This document shows, piece by piece, positions 21,069-31,389 of a DNA stretch of 64,000 nucleotides. The stretch is from Armatimonadota bacterium. GTDB taxonomy: Bacteria; Armatimonadota; SYMT01. Position 1 is the first letter of the stretch, and each line of letters opens with the position of its first letter. The stretch is taken from NCBI GenBank assembly GCA_046292385.1, contig JBKBRF010000007.1:123247-187246 (forward strand). Reading direction: 5' to 3'. Under the pieces are notes generated by a model. It was not told the DNA's origin. It saw nothing but the letters and a program-made list of their open reading frames with translations, and made no database searches. The translations under genes were made by a program, and so were the position numbers.

Positions 21069-21298
21069 AGAAGCCCTCGGCCGGGCGCTTCGCCATTCCG
21101 CCGGACCGCGACCCGGCGGCGCGGCGGTTTTCGCGCCGGTGAAAACCGGGAATACCGGGGTGGCCCATGGCACCTTGCCGGCGCCGGTCCCCTAAGAGCC
21201 TATCCGGACGACGCATGGTCCCCTCGCAGCCGGTTGCAGCCAAGCAGGCCGGTTCGGATCGGCTCTAACTCCCGCGGCGGTGAGTGAACGGAGAGGCG

Positions 21299-22171
21299 AT
21301 GCGGATCCTCTACGCGACGGACGGCTCGGAACAAGCCCTTGCCGCGGCACGGCTGCTGCTCGCCTTGCCGCCAGAGCTGGACCTGACGATCACGGTGCTG
21401 ACCGTAGCGGAGGCGCCGGGCTCGGAGACGGCGGCATCGGCGCAGCGGACGACGCTGGAAGCCCTGGGCGGCGGCACCGCGGAACTGGTGACGAAGATCC
21501 GGAACGGCAAGCCGGCCGCGGAAATCGTGCAAGAGATCGAAGAGGATCCTCCGGACATGGTGGCCCTGGGGTCGCGCGGGCTGGGCGCCGTGGCCCGGTT
21601 CCTTCTGGGGAGTGTCGCGGAGCGGGTCGCGCGACATGCTTCCTGCCCGGTGCTCGTGGCCCGCGAGCTGAAAGAGGGGATCCGGAGGGTGATCCTGGGG
21701 ATCGACGGCTCGCCGGGGGCCGCATACGCCACCGAGTGGCTGCAGCGCTTCCCGCTCCCGCCGGACTGCGAGGTGCGCGTCGTCACGTCGGTGCCTCAGT
21801 ACAACCTCCGCGCGTATTCCGCCGAACGGCTTCCGGGACTGGCGGACGAGCTTCAGGCCATCCAGCTCGCGGAGAGGCTGGAGGCCGAGCGGCGGCTGCA
21901 GCTCGTCTCCGCGGCGTTCCTGGAAGCGGGGAAGCAGGCGGTGCCGGAGCTTCGGCAGCAGCATCCGGCGCTGGGACTGGTGGAGGCGGCGGAGCAGCTA
22001 GAGGCCGATCTGCTGGTGGTCGGCCGGCAGGGGATGAGCCGCATCGAGCGCTTCCTGATGGGCAGCGTCTCGGAACACGTCCTTCACCACGCGCCCTGCT
22101 CGGTGCTCATCATTCCGAACCCGAATGCTCCGGAGGAAGCGGCCCCGGCGGAGCATAGATTCGCGAGCTAA
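21299..22171 (+). CDS. Universal stress protein, tandem Usp domains
   Basis: ILYATDGS, LLGSVAERVARHASCPVLV and a second repeat. Confidence 0.93.
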   Translation: MRILYATDGSEQALAAARLLLALPPELDLTITVLTVAEAPGSETAASAQRTTLEALGGGTAELVTKIRNGKPAAEIVQEIEEDPPDMVALGSRGLGAVARFLLGSVAERVARHASCPVLVARELKEGIRRVILGIDGSPGAAYATEWLQRFPLPPDCEVRVVTSVPQYNLRAYSAERLPGLADELQAIQLAERLEAERRLQLVSAAFLEAGKQAVPELRQQHPALGLVEAAEQLEADLLVVGRQGMSRIERFLMGSVSEHVLHHAPCSVLIIPNPNAPEEAAPAEHRFAS

Positions 22172-22211
22172 CCCTCGTTGGCGGCCGGAAGCGATCTCAC
22201 CGGAGGTTGCC

Positions 22212-23006
22212 ATGGAGAAGGTTCTACTGATCGTCTTCGACACGGAGAGCCAGGCCCGCCTGGGAGAGCAGGCGCTCCGGGAGCTGGACGCCGAGGGGAG
22301 TATCACGGTCTTCGCCTCGGCCCTGGTTGGCAAGGACGAGGGGGGACAGGTCACGCTGGAGAGGGTGAGCGATCAGAGCTCGAGCCCACTCCTCGCCAGT
22401 ACCCTGGTCGGCGCCCTGGCCGGACTGGTGATGGGGCCGGTGGGCGCGGCGGTCGGAGCCGCCGGCGGGGCGATGTTCGGCGGCATGTACGAGCTGGTGA
22501 AGCGGGGGAGTCGCGCGGAGCTCCTGGCGGTGGCGGAGCGCCAACTGCAGCCGGGGAAGGCTGCCGTGATCGCGGAAGTGGATGAGCCGCAGGTCCTGCC
22601 GGTCGAGACGCGCATGGCCGCCGCGGGCGGGGTCGTCTTCCGCCTCCCACGCACCGACGTCGAGGATCTCCTGATCGAGCGAGAGCTGGAAGCCTGTAGG
22701 ACGGAAATCGCGGAGCTGCGGCGGGAGCGCCACGAAGCCGAGGGCGAGGCGCGGACGGTGCTTCAGAGCCGGCTAGCCGCCGCCGAGCAGAAGCTGGCGG
22801 ACCGGGTCCGGGACGCGCAGGCGGCGATCGAGGCCGCGGGGAGAGTGGCGGAGGCAAAGGCCCGCACGCTGGAAGAGCGAGCGGCCGCCGCGGATAGCGA
22901 GCGGCGCGGGCGGCTCCAGGTGAGCGCCGCCGACCTCCGTGCCGATTACGAGCGCCGCCGGGCGAGACTCACCCGGGCCCTGGGGCAGGTCGACGAGGCA
23001 GCCTGA
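22212..23006 (+). CDS. DUF1269-like membrane protein with coiled-coil tail
   Basis: Gly-zipper GALAGLVMGPVGAAVGAAGG, LQPGKAAVIAEVDE; GGAGG RBS. Confidence 0.75.
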   Translation: MEKVLLIVFDTESQARLGEQALRELDAEGSITVFASALVGKDEGGQVTLERVSDQSSSPLLASTLVGALAGLVMGPVGAAVGAAGGAMFGGMYELVKRGSRAELLAVAERQLQPGKAAVIAEVDEPQVLPVETRMAAAGGVVFRLPRTDVEDLLIERELEACRTEIAELRRERHEAEGEARTVLQSRLAAAEQKLADRVRDAQAAIEAAGRVAEAKARTLEERAAAADSERRGRLQVSAADLRADYERRRARLTRALGQVDEAA

Positions 23007-23181
23007 TCCCACAGTCGGAGATGGAAGGGTGGATTTGGCAAGGGAGGGTGGGAGCTGCTGAAGGAGAAGGACCGCGCCCAGGAAGCATCCGGTCACGTGA
23101 ACACCGGAGAAACGCGACGCGCTCCAGCAACTGCTCGCCGGTGGCACGGCGCCGGCGCGGACCCTCACCTAGTGTGTGCGC

Positions 23182-24156
23182 TCAAGTGTGCGTGGGCTGT
23201 CGGGCGCCTGCCCCGTGCCACTGCGGCAGGCTGAGCGGCGGCAGCACGCGCTCTAGCTCCTGGCGTGAGGGCTCCAGCCAGGGTGGGAGCTGCAAGCGGG
23301 TGCCCAGCTCTTCCTCGGCCTCGTCCGCCGTGAAGCCCGGCGGCTCCGTGGCGATCTCGAAGAGCACGCCGCCCGGCTCCCGGAAGTAGATCGAGTGGAA
23401 GTAAGTCCGGTCGATCAACGGAGTGACGTTGAGGCCCAGTTCCGAGATCCGTTCTCGCCAGGCGAGCTGCTGGGCGTCGTCCGGCGTCCGGAACGCGACG
23501 TGGTGGACCACCCCCGCTCCCATCCCCCCGCGGCGGGCGTCCGGTACGCAGAGGAGGTCGACCGTCGCGGCCTGCTCGCCGGCTCCGGCGCGGTAGCGGA
23601 AGCGAGTTCCTTCGCTGCCCACCGCGTGAAAGCCGAGCTCTTCGGAGAGGAGCCGCGCGGTCCGCTCGTACCCCTCTTCGGAGAGCGTCACGGAATGGAA
23701 GCCGCGGAGGGCGTGCTCCGCGGGGACCGGGCCGCCGGTGGGGACGTGCCTTCCGGTCTCCGGCGTGGCGACGATCTCCAGCCGGATGCCGTCCGGATCC
23801 GTGAAGCTCAGGAACTCCTCCCCCAGGCGGTGGCCCGGCTGCGCGGCCACGAGATGCTGCTGGAGGCGCTCCATCCAGTACCCCAGCGAGCCCTCCGGCA
23901 CCGCAAAGGAGGTGGTAGTGACCTGCGGCGGACCGACGCGCCCGCGGGGGGCACCGGGCCAGGCGAAGAAGGTCATGATCGTTCCGGGGCTGCCCAGCTC
24001 GTCTCCGTAGTAAAGGTGATAGCTGGTCGGATCATCGAAGTTGACGGTCAGCTTCACCAGCCGCAGGCCGAGCACGCCGCTGTAGAAGTCGACGTTCTGC
24101 TGCGGGAGGGCGGTAATCGCGGTGACGTGGTGGAGGCCGGGAAGGGTCGGGGTCAT
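23182..24156 (-). CDS. Ring-cleaving dioxygenase (MhqO/MhqA-like VOC)
   Basis: GLHHVTA, TVNFDDPTSYHLYYGD, VHHVAFR, YFHSIYFREPGGVLFEIAT. Confidence 0.93.
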   Translation of the reverse strand: MTPTLPGLHHVTAITALPQQNVDFYSGVLGLRLVKLTVNFDDPTSYHLYYGDELGSPGTIMTFFAWPGAPRGRVGPPQVTTTSFAVPEGSLGYWMERLQQHLVAAQPGHRLGEEFLSFTDPDGIRLEIVATPETGRHVPTGGPVPAEHALRGFHSVTLSEEGYERTARLLSEELGFHAVGSEGTRFRYRAGAGEQAATVDLLCVPDARRGGMGAGVVHHVAFRTPDDAQQLAWRERISELGLNVTPLIDRTYFHSIYFREPGGVLFEIATEPPGFTADEAEEELGTRLQLPPWLEPSRQELERVLPPLSLPQWHGAGARQPTHT

Positions 24157-24172
24157 CAGTCGCTCCTCCGGG

Positions 24173-24523
24173 TCAGTCGAGCACGATAAAGAGGGAGCGC
24201 CGCTCCCGGGGCTCGACGTTGCGCGTGCGGTGGCCGCGGCCGGTGGTGTCCTCCAGCAGCAGGACCTCGCCGCCGCGGAAGGTGCGGCGCTCGCCGTCCG
24301 AGACCTCGATCTCGATGGCGCCGTCGAGCAGCACGATGAACTGCCGCTGCGGAGCCGGATGCCAGTCGTAGTCGTAGCCCGGCTCGTTGGTCCGAAAGAT
24401 CACGGAGCGCGCCGGGATCGGCGGCGAGAGCCGGCCGATCGGACCGGCATCGCGCAGCTCGACCTCCTGCTCCTCGAAGTGGCTTTCCCCGGCTTCATCG
24501 GCGTAGACGCGGGTGAATCTCAT
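24173..24523 (-). CDS. Cupin domain protein
   Basis: WHPAPQRQF, LLEDTTGRGH. Confidence 0.85.
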   Translation of the reverse strand: MRFTRVYADEAGESHFEEQEVELRDAGPIGRLSPPIPARSVIFRTNEPGYDYDWHPAPQRQFIVLLDGAIEIEVSDGERRTFRGGEVLLLEDTTGRGHRTRNVEPRERRSLFIVLD

Positions 24524-25191
24524 CGACGCTCCTCCCGCGCCGGCACCGAGACCCGGCGGAGCAGGGACCGGCACGCCTCCAGCTCATCCTCATTCACGCT
24601 GTGGGGCAGACCGGGATAGCGCCGGAGATCGACCGCGGCCCCCATCCGCGTGAACACCTCCGCCGTCTCCCGGACGCGCTCGAACGGGACGTGGGGATCC
24701 GGGTCGCCGGCCCCGAGAAAGACCGGGGTCCCGGCCAGGGAGCCGGGATAGTCGCGGGGCGTTCCCGGCGGCCCGATGAGGCCGCCGGTCAGGATCATCA
24801 CCGCTCCGTAGCGCCGGGGGTGCCGCGCCGCGAGCTCCGCGGTGAGACAGGCGCCCTGGGAGAAGCCGAGCAGCGCGATCCGCTCCTCCGGAATGCCGCG
24901 CGCGAGGAGGTCGGTCACGACGCCCTCCAACCGGCGCAGCGCCGAGTCGAGGAACGGCTGGTTCGACTCCAGGGGCGCAAGGAACGAGAGCGGGTACCAG
25001 GTGTGTCCTGCCGCCTGGGGAGCCACCGCGGCCGCGTTGGGCAGTGCCAGGTCGTCGTAGAGACCCAGCATTCCGCGTGCCGGCGCCCCGCGGCCGTGGA
25101 CGAGCACCAGGGTGGCGTCTGCCTGCTCCGGCGCCGGCCCGGCCGTCAGGACCGGTTGACCAGCGTGCGGGTCGGATCTCACCGCTTCCAT
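24520..25191 (-). CDS. Phospholipase/carboxylesterase (MhqD-like)
   Basis: HGRG, GFSQG, DPHVP, PHSVN catalytic triad motifs. Confidence 0.9.
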   Translation of the reverse strand: MEAVRSDPHAGQPVLTAGPAPEQADATLVLVHGRGAPARGMLGLYDDLALPNAAAVAPQAAGHTWYPLSFLAPLESNQPFLDSALRRLEGVVTDLLARGIPEERIALLGFSQGACLTAELAARHPRRYGAVMILTGGLIGPPGTPRDYPGSLAGTPVFLGAGDPDPHVPFERVRETAEVFTRMGAAVDLRRYPGLPHSVNEDELEACRSLLRRVSVPAREERR

Positions 25192-25589
25192 CGAGGCTCT
25201 CCCAACCGCTCGGACGGTGCAGGTGCGGGCCCGGCTCGAGTGCTCCCCTCGGCCGGGAGCATGACCGGGAGTCTACCCGGCCCGCGCGCCGCCGAACCAG
25301 GAGAGTCGGGCCGGGACCCGGGTGGGATTCCGGTCTTTCCGGACCGCCGGCGAGTTTCCGAGCCCGCCGTTTTGCCGGCGAGAGGCGTGGGAAGAGTGCG
25401 GTACTCCGCCTGCAGCAGGAACGTGAAGCGGGTCCCGGGGCGCGCCCTCGCAGTGGGCTCGAGCGGCTGTGATCCGGGGAAGCGGCCGGTCCATCGTGGG
25501 ACGCCGACGGCCGCGGGACCGAACCGCCAGCCGGTCGCAGACGGATCGGCGTCCTGCTGCGAGCGCCGCTGATCCACGGAGGAAGCGAC

Positions 25590-26342
25590 ATGGACCTCCA
25601 GAACAAGTCCGCCATCGTCACCGGAGCGGGATCCGGCATCGGCCGCGCTCTGGCGCTCGCATATGCGCGGGAGGGCGCTCGCGTCGTCGTCTCGGACATT
25701 GCGGAGGAAAGCGGGCAGGAGACGGTCCGCCTGATCCAGGAGGCGGCGCCCGGGGCGGAAGCGCTGTTCGTCCGCGCCGATACCACCAGCCCGGAGGAGA
25801 ACGAAGCGCTGGCGCGGGCGGCGGTGGACCGCTTCGGGGCCCTCCACATCGCCTGCAACAACGCGGGGATCGCCGGGGAGCTGAACCCCGTGGGCGAGCT
25901 CAGTCTGGAAGGCTGGCGGAAGGTGATCGACATCAATCTCTCCGGGGTCTTCTACGGCATGCGTGCGCAGATCCCGCGCATCCTGGACGCGGGCGGCGGC
26001 GCCATCGTCAACCTGTCCTCCATCCTGGGGCAGGTGGGGTCGGCAAACAGCAGCGGCTACGTGGCTGCCAAGCACGGAGTGGTGGGGCTCACGAAGACGG
26101 CGGCGCTGGAGTACTCGGCGCGCGGCCTGCGCGTTAACGCCATCGGCCCCGGGTACACCGACACGCCCCTGCTGACCGAGCTGCCGCGCGAGACGCGGGA
26201 GGGCCTCGTCGCGCTGCACCCGATCGGCGGCCTGGGACGTGCCGAGGAAGTGGCGGAGCTGGTGGTGTGGCTGAGCAGCGACCGCGCCGGGTTCGTGACG
26301 GGCGCTTACTATCCGGTGGACGGCGGTTATCTGGCCCGGTGA
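25590..26342 (+). CDS. Short-chain dehydrogenase/reductase
   Basis: TGAGSGIG, NNAGI, YVAAK. Confidence 0.95.
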   Translation: MDLQNKSAIVTGAGSGIGRALALAYAREGARVVVSDIAEESGQETVRLIQEAAPGAEALFVRADTTSPEENEALARAAVDRFGALHIACNNAGIAGELNPVGELSLEGWRKVIDINLSGVFYGMRAQIPRILDAGGGAIVNLSSILGQVGSANSSGYVAAKHGVVGLTKTAALEYSARGLRVNAIGPGYTDTPLLTELPRETREGLVALHPIGGLGRAEEVAELVVWLSSDRAGFVTGAYYPVDGGYLAR

Positions 26343-26396
26343 CGCAGCCCGCGGCGACTCCCGGCGGAGAGGAGAAGCCCAGCCAGGAGTGACGCG

Positions 26397-27779
26397 ATGC
26401 CCGCAGAACGTTTCGAGCTGGCCGTGGTGGGTGGGGGCAAGGGCGGCAAGACGCTCGCCGCGGCGCTGGCCTCGGCCGGCCGCAAGGTGGTGATGATCGA
26501 AAAGGGGATGATCGGCGGCAGCTGCATCAACGTCGCCTGCATCCCGACCAAGACGATGGTCAAGTCCGCCAGGGTGGCCGAGCTGGCCCGGCGGGCGGCG
26601 GAATTCGGCATTCGAGTCGCGTTCGAAGGGGCCGACGCTGCCGGTGTCCGCGGTCGTAGGGACGCGGTCGTCGCGGAGATGATCGAGCGCAACCAGGCGA
26701 ATTTCGACCGCTCCGGGATGACGCTGCTCATCGGCACGGCGCGCTTCATCGGCCCCCGCTTGCTGGAGGTCCGGCAGGACGACGGCGCGGCGCGGGAGGT
26801 GACGGCGGAACGAGTGGTGGTCAACACCGGCACCCGGCCGGCCCTGCCGCCGCTGCCGGGCCTGGCGGAGGCACGCGCGCTGAACAGCGAGTCGATTCAG
26901 GAGCTGGACCGCCTGCCCGAACACCTCATCATCGTCGGCGGCGGGTATGTCGGCTGTGAGTTCGCCCAGATGTTCCGCCGCTTCGGCAGCCGGGTCACCG
27001 TCCTCGAACGCTCCGAGACGTTCCTTCCGCGCGAGGATCCCGACATCGGGGAGCAGGTGCTCGGCCTCTTCCGGGAGGACGGGATCGGCGTGCGACTCGG
27101 GACCTCGGTCGCGCAGGTGGAAGGGCGGTCCGGGCAGTCGGTGCGCGTTCGAGTGCAGTCGCGGTCCGGCGAAGCGGTCGTGGAAGGATCCGATCTTCTC
27201 GCCGCCCTGGGCCGCGAGCCGAATACCGAAAGCCTCGATGCCGCGGCCGGCGGGATCGAGCTGGACAGCCGGGGATTCGTCCAGGTCAACGACCGGCTGG
27301 AGACGACGGCGCCCGGAGTCTGGGCGGTGGGCGACGTGAACGGCGGGCCGCAGTTTACCCACGTCTCCCTGGACGATTACCGCATCGTGGCCGCGAACCT
27401 CTCCGGCGGTCAGCGCAGCACGGCGGACCGGGTAATCCCCTACACGCTGTTCATCGACCCCGAGCTCGGCCGGGTGGGGATGACGGAGGCGGAGGCTCGC
27501 CGGCAGGGGCGGCGCGTGCGCGTGGCGACGCTGCCGGCCGACGCGGTCCCGCGCGCCATGACCTCCGGAGAAACGCGGGGCCTGCTGAAAGTCGTCGTCG
27601 ACGCCGACACGGATCAGGTCCTGGGGGCCGCCATTCTTGCGGCGGCAGGAGGAGAGGTGATGGCAGTGGTACAGGTCGCGATGCGGGCGGGTCTCACCGC
27701 GTCCGACCTCGGTGACATGATCTTCACGCACCCCACGATGGCGGAGAGCCTGAATGATCTCCTGGCGCGGCTGGAGTAG
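26397..27779 (+). CDS. Pyridine nucleotide-disulfide oxidoreductase (RclA/mercuric-reductase-like)
   Basis: GGSCINVACIPTK redox motif, GGGYVG, HPTMAE; no C-terminal Cys pair. Confidence 0.88.
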   Translation: MPAERFELAVVGGGKGGKTLAAALASAGRKVVMIEKGMIGGSCINVACIPTKTMVKSARVAELARRAAEFGIRVAFEGADAAGVRGRRDAVVAEMIERNQANFDRSGMTLLIGTARFIGPRLLEVRQDDGAAREVTAERVVVNTGTRPALPPLPGLAEARALNSESIQELDRLPEHLIIVGGGYVGCEFAQMFRRFGSRVTVLERSETFLPREDPDIGEQVLGLFREDGIGVRLGTSVAQVEGRSGQSVRVRVQSRSGEAVVEGSDLLAALGREPNTESLDAAAGGIELDSRGFVQVNDRLETTAPGVWAVGDVNGGPQFTHVSLDDYRIVAANLSGGQRSTADRVIPYTLFIDPELGRVGMTEAEARRQGRRVRVATLPADAVPRAMTSGETRGLLKVVVDADTDQVLGAAILAAAGGEVMAVVQVAMRAGLTASDLGDMIFTHPTMAESLNDLLARLE

Positions 27780-27812
27780 ATCGTCACTGCGCCGCGCGAC
27801 CGCCTTCTTCGC

Positions 27813-28013
27813 TTACCGGACTCCTCTGAGGTCGCCGGCGGCTGCCGGCGCTTGGCCGTACTTCCAATCGGCCCAGAGCCACCCTGCGAGCCAGTGAAGG
27901 TGAGACGGATGCTCCGGCGGATAAGGATTCGCCGTTTCCTGCAGCCCGGATTTGTAAGCCAGGGTGCCTTCCATCTCTCCACGACGGGCTGTATCAGGGG
28001 TGCTGGTCTGCAT
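27813..28013 (-). CDS. Small protein with Rmf/CrpP-like NPY...WxxGW motif
   Basis: GxxAYxxG...NPYP......WLAGW. Confidence 0.5.
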   Translation of the reverse strand: MQTSTPDTARRGEMEGTLAYKSGLQETANPYPPEHPSHLHWLAGWLWADWKYGQAPAAAGDLRGVR

Positions 28014-28162
28014 TTCGCACTCGGTCCTGCGGGGCATGTCTCCACTCTAGCGCCCGCCCACCCGAAGCACGGTCGGCTTCCGCCCCCAATTCCCTGCGCT
28101 TTAGCGCACTCCAGCCGGTGAAGAGCCGATGGCGCGTCATTGGCCCGCACGCCGCAGGGTGG

Positions 28163-29017
28163 TCAGCGAGCTTCCAGCACGCGCTGGAGCGCCCGGTCCA
28201 GCTCCGCCGCTGCCGGCAGCCTCAACCGGAAGACTTCCTCCAGTGCCGTGCGGATCTCGAGCGGAGTGGTGAGGCGGCGCTGCTCTCTCCTTCCGTCGAG
28301 GAAGTAGGTGTTGAGCTCGGTGTTGATCAGGGTGTAGCGGCAGCCCGCGTCGACCCGCGCCGCGACCAGGCTCCGCACGAACGGCGACTCCGGGTGAGTG
28401 GAGGTGTACCAGTTCGAGAGCTCGTAGTCGGCGGGATACTGCGCCGTCAGGTCGAAGCGGTAGAGCGGCTTCCACTCGCCGGCGACCTGCGCCTGGAGCT
28501 GGTAGAGGTCTTCCCAGGGGCGGATCCGGAACCGCTCGTGCGGAGTGCTCTGCTCCGTCTCCAGCTCCAGACGTAAAGGGCCGGACGGCGCCATCACGCC
28601 GAAGCCGATGTCGACGAGGAAAACTTGGTCGTCCAGGTCCACGCGGAGCAGCATGTGGCTGCGTGCCGGCCGGACCTCCTCCGGCTGGTTCCAGACCACC
28701 CGGGAGGCGAGGTAGCCGACCTGGAAGCCGAGCGCCTCCAGGACATGTCCCAGCAGCGAGTTCTGCTCGAAGCAGTAGCCGCCGCGGCCCTGGCGGACGA
28801 GCTTTTCCTGGAGCGTCTCCAGGTCGAGGCGCACGGGCCAGCCCAGCAGCGGGTTGAGGCCTTCGAACGGAATGCTGCTGAGGTGCCGCAGCACCAGGCC
28901 CCGCAGGGTCTCCAGGCGCGGCCGGAGCTCTCCCGTGTAGCCGATCCGCCGCAGATACGCATCCAGTTCCAGCTCGCTGCCCCTACCGGAGCGCCGGGTC
29001 GCCGCGAGGCTCGCCAT
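28163..29017 (-). CDS. Arylamine N-acetyltransferase
   Basis: LDAYLRRIG, IPFE, RGGYCFEQN, SHMLL, VDIGFG; GAGGAG RBS. Confidence 0.95.
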   Translation of the reverse strand: MASLAATRRSGRGSELELDAYLRRIGYTGELRPRLETLRGLVLRHLSSIPFEGLNPLLGWPVRLDLETLQEKLVRQGRGGYCFEQNSLLGHVLEALGFQVGYLASRVVWNQPEEVRPARSHMLLRVDLDDQVFLVDIGFGVMAPSGPLRLELETEQSTPHERFRIRPWEDLYQLQAQVAGEWKPLYRFDLTAQYPADYELSNWYTSTHPESPFVRSLVAARVDAGCRYTLINTELNTYFLDGRREQRRLTTPLEIRTALEEVFRLRLPAAAELDRALQRVLEAR

Positions 29018-29125
29018 CTTCGTTCTCCTCAGCCCCAGGAGTGCCTTTGAAAGCATACTTATGCAGTCGGGGTCCGGTGTGTCAACCCGGTCAGCCAACC
29101 AGGGGCCGGATCGGGCGGAGGCAGG

Positions 29126-29782
29126 ATGGATTCTCCAGGGTTTGTGGGGGCGGAGCACGCGTTTCACGACGCGGAGTTCGCCGCCGGCTGGGCGGAGCGC
29201 TTTACGCCGACCGCTCCTCGCCTGCGGTTGTTCGACGCAATGGTGGAGCAGCTGCGAGATTCGCCGGCGGCCGCCGGGCGGATCGTGGAGCTGGGAGCCG
29301 GCCCCGGGTTCCTGGCGGAGCGGGTGCTGGCGAGCCTGCCGGCGGTGCGGTACGTCGCGGTCGATTTTTCGGAGGCGTTCCTGTCGCTCGCGCGGCGCCG
29401 GCTCGCGCGGTTTGCGGACCGGGTCACGTGGGTCCGGGCGGACCTGCTCTCCCGCGAGTGGCCGGAGGCGGTAGGGGGGCCGGTCGAGGCGTGTGTCTCC
29501 ACCTGGGCTCTGCACGATCTCGGCAGTCCCGAAGCGACGGGCAAGGTCTACGCGGACTGCGCGGGGCTGCTCGCCGGCTGCGGAGTGCTGCTGAACGGCG
29601 ACTTCGTGAAGCCGGAGGGCACCGCGTACGCGTTCGAACCCGGCCGGTTCGAGGTGAGCCGACACCTGGAGTTTCTTCGCACGGCCGGGTTCGTCCGGTG
29701 TGAATGCCTGGAGATGTTCGAGCTCGAGATCCGGCGTCCCACCGCCGCGCAGAATTACGCGCTGCTCTCGGCCCATCGGTGA
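29126..29782 (+). CDS. Class I SAM-dependent methyltransferase
   Basis: VELGAGPG, VDFS, STWALHD. Confidence 0.85.
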   Translation: MDSPGFVGAEHAFHDAEFAAGWAERFTPTAPRLRLFDAMVEQLRDSPAAAGRIVELGAGPGFLAERVLASLPAVRYVAVDFSEAFLSLARRRLARFADRVTWVRADLLSREWPEAVGGPVEACVSTWALHDLGSPEATGKVYADCAGLLAGCGVLLNGDFVKPEGTAYAFEPGRFEVSRHLEFLRTAGFVRCECLEMFELEIRRPTAAQNYALLSAHR

Positions 29783-30130
29783 AGGGTCGCGCGGTCCGCC
29801 CCACGCGCTCGTCCAGGATAGGAGCATCCGGCCGGAAACGATTCGGGCGCCGCTGTTGCTGAAACAGCGGCGCCCGAACGGCTCATGATCCTGTTTTGCG
29901 CTGGCCCGGAACAGACAGGGCCGATTTCGTGCGGAACGCGGGGCTCCGGGAGGGGCGAAGGAGCCGGCCGTGGTGACTGGGGGGCGGGTCGGCGTCCTGG
30001 GCGATTCACCCGGTGAGGAGCCCTCACACCAGAAGCCTAGCAGTGCGGCGATGGCGCGGCATTGGCCGGGTGGCCAGTAAGCGGCCGGCCACCCGGCCAT
30101 TTCTAATCGGCCGCTTGCTCGGTTGCCGGA

Positions 30131-30427
30131 TTAGCGGTCGTTCAACCCCCGGTCCCGGAGCTTGGAGACGACGTTGTTGAGCGCCTCCGTGTCCCGGAAA
30201 CGCAGCACCAGGCCATCTTCCCGCTCGCCGGCCACTCCGGTGAACCAGCTGGGGAAGTCGTGGTCCAGGCTATCCAGGCCGTCTCGAATCCGGCTCAGCA
30301 GCTCGCTGCGGACCGGCGTGCGGAGGTCGATCCCGGTGGCGCGCTCGAAGCCGTCGTGCGTGATCCAGACCGTCGGCTGGGTGCCGGCCGGCACCGTGGC
30401 CGCCTCGATTCCAAAGTCTCGAGCCAT
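30131..30427 (-). CDS. Hypothetical protein
   Basis: GAGGAG RBS, typical codon usage. Confidence 0.65.
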   Translation of the reverse strand: MARDFGIEAATVPAGTQPTVWITHDGFERATGIDLRTPVRSELLSRIRDGLDSLDHDFPSWFTGVAGEREDGLVLRFRDTEALNNVVSKLRDRGLNDR

Positions 30428-30560
30428 CGCTCTCCTCCTCTTAAGTCACCGAGAGGGAGGTTCCCCGAGACTGGCGCAGGAAAACCCTTCCTGGGCGCCA
30501 GGGGAGGGAGCATGCCGGAGCTGACGATTCGAGAGCTGCGGGCGCGGGAGGTCGAGATCC

Positions 30561-31025
30561 ATGCGTGAGCTGTCGGCCGTAACCCGGGGCCTCACCGCGA
30601 AGGCGATGGAGGCGGTGCTGCACGGACAGATGGAATCGGTGCTGCTCCAGCAGAGCCGCGTGGCGCCGGAGCACCTGCTGCTCGGCCTGCTGCGGGTTCC
30701 CGAGGCGATCGCGCTGCGGCTGCTGGGAGAGCTCGGCGCCGACCCGGAGCGGGTCCGGGCGCTCCTGCAGGCGCGGCTGGCCGTGGGCAGTGGCCCGATC
30801 GACGTCGACGGGTTGGCGCAGCTCCACCTCACCGCGGCGGCGCAGCGAGTGCTCGAGATCGCCCGCGCGGAAGCGGAAGGGCTGGCGTGCCCCCACGTCA
30901 GCACGCCGTACCTGCTGCTGGGACTGCTGCAGGTGGAGGACTCCGTCGCAGGCGAGGTGCTCCGCGACTTCGGCGTCACGCCGGAGCGGGTCCGCTCCCT
31001 GGTTCAGGCGAATCCGCGGGAGTGA
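30561..31025 (+). CDS. Clp protease N-terminal domain protein
   Basis: Two repeats PEHLLLGLL / TPYLLLGLL, no ATPase domain. Confidence 0.85.
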   Translation: MRELSAVTRGLTAKAMEAVLHGQMESVLLQQSRVAPEHLLLGLLRVPEAIALRLLGELGADPERVRALLQARLAVGSGPIDVDGLAQLHLTAAAQRVLEIARAEAEGLACPHVSTPYLLLGLLQVEDSVAGEVLRDFGVTPERVRSLVQANPRE

Positions 31026-31047
31026 GCGAAGAGACGGACGTAAGTCG

Positions 31048-31377
31048 ATGACTTCCTGCCAGGTGGAGGTGCGGATTCTCGCGCCGGGCACGCACGCCGA
31101 GAGCATTCAGGAGCGGCTGGGCGACTCGGTGAAATGGGATGGCGCGGACATGGTCTATCGGTCCCGCCTGATCGACGTCGCGTCGGCCAGCGACCACCTG
31201 AAGTGGCTCTACGGGGTGCTGGAGCCGCACCGGAAGTTCTTCCGGCAGCTGGAAGGGTTCGGGATCACGGCGGTGATCCGCATCGAGATTCACAGCCGCT
31301 CCTGCGTGCTGGAGCCGGAAGCGCTGCTGCTGGCGCACCAGTTTCATCTGCGGACGGAAATCCATTTACGACGCTGA
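31048..31377 (+). CDS. Hypothetical protein (possibly DUF4279-like)
   Basis: ORF fits between co-oriented neighbours; DHLKWL motif. Confidence 0.55.
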   Translation: MTSCQVEVRILAPGTHAESIQERLGDSVKWDGADMVYRSRLIDVASASDHLKWLYGVLEPHRKFFRQLEGFGITAVIRIEIHSRSCVLEPEALLLAHQFHLRTEIHLRR

Positions 31378-31389
31378 GGAGGCGCTCGC

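Noticed and set aside
26397..27779. merA mercuric reductase
   Set aside because: Lacks the C-terminal Cys-Cys and NmerA domain; no mer genes nearby
28163..30100. 645-aa NAT fusion protein
   Set aside because: A better start with RBS lies at 29017; the extension is antisense to the methyltransferase gene
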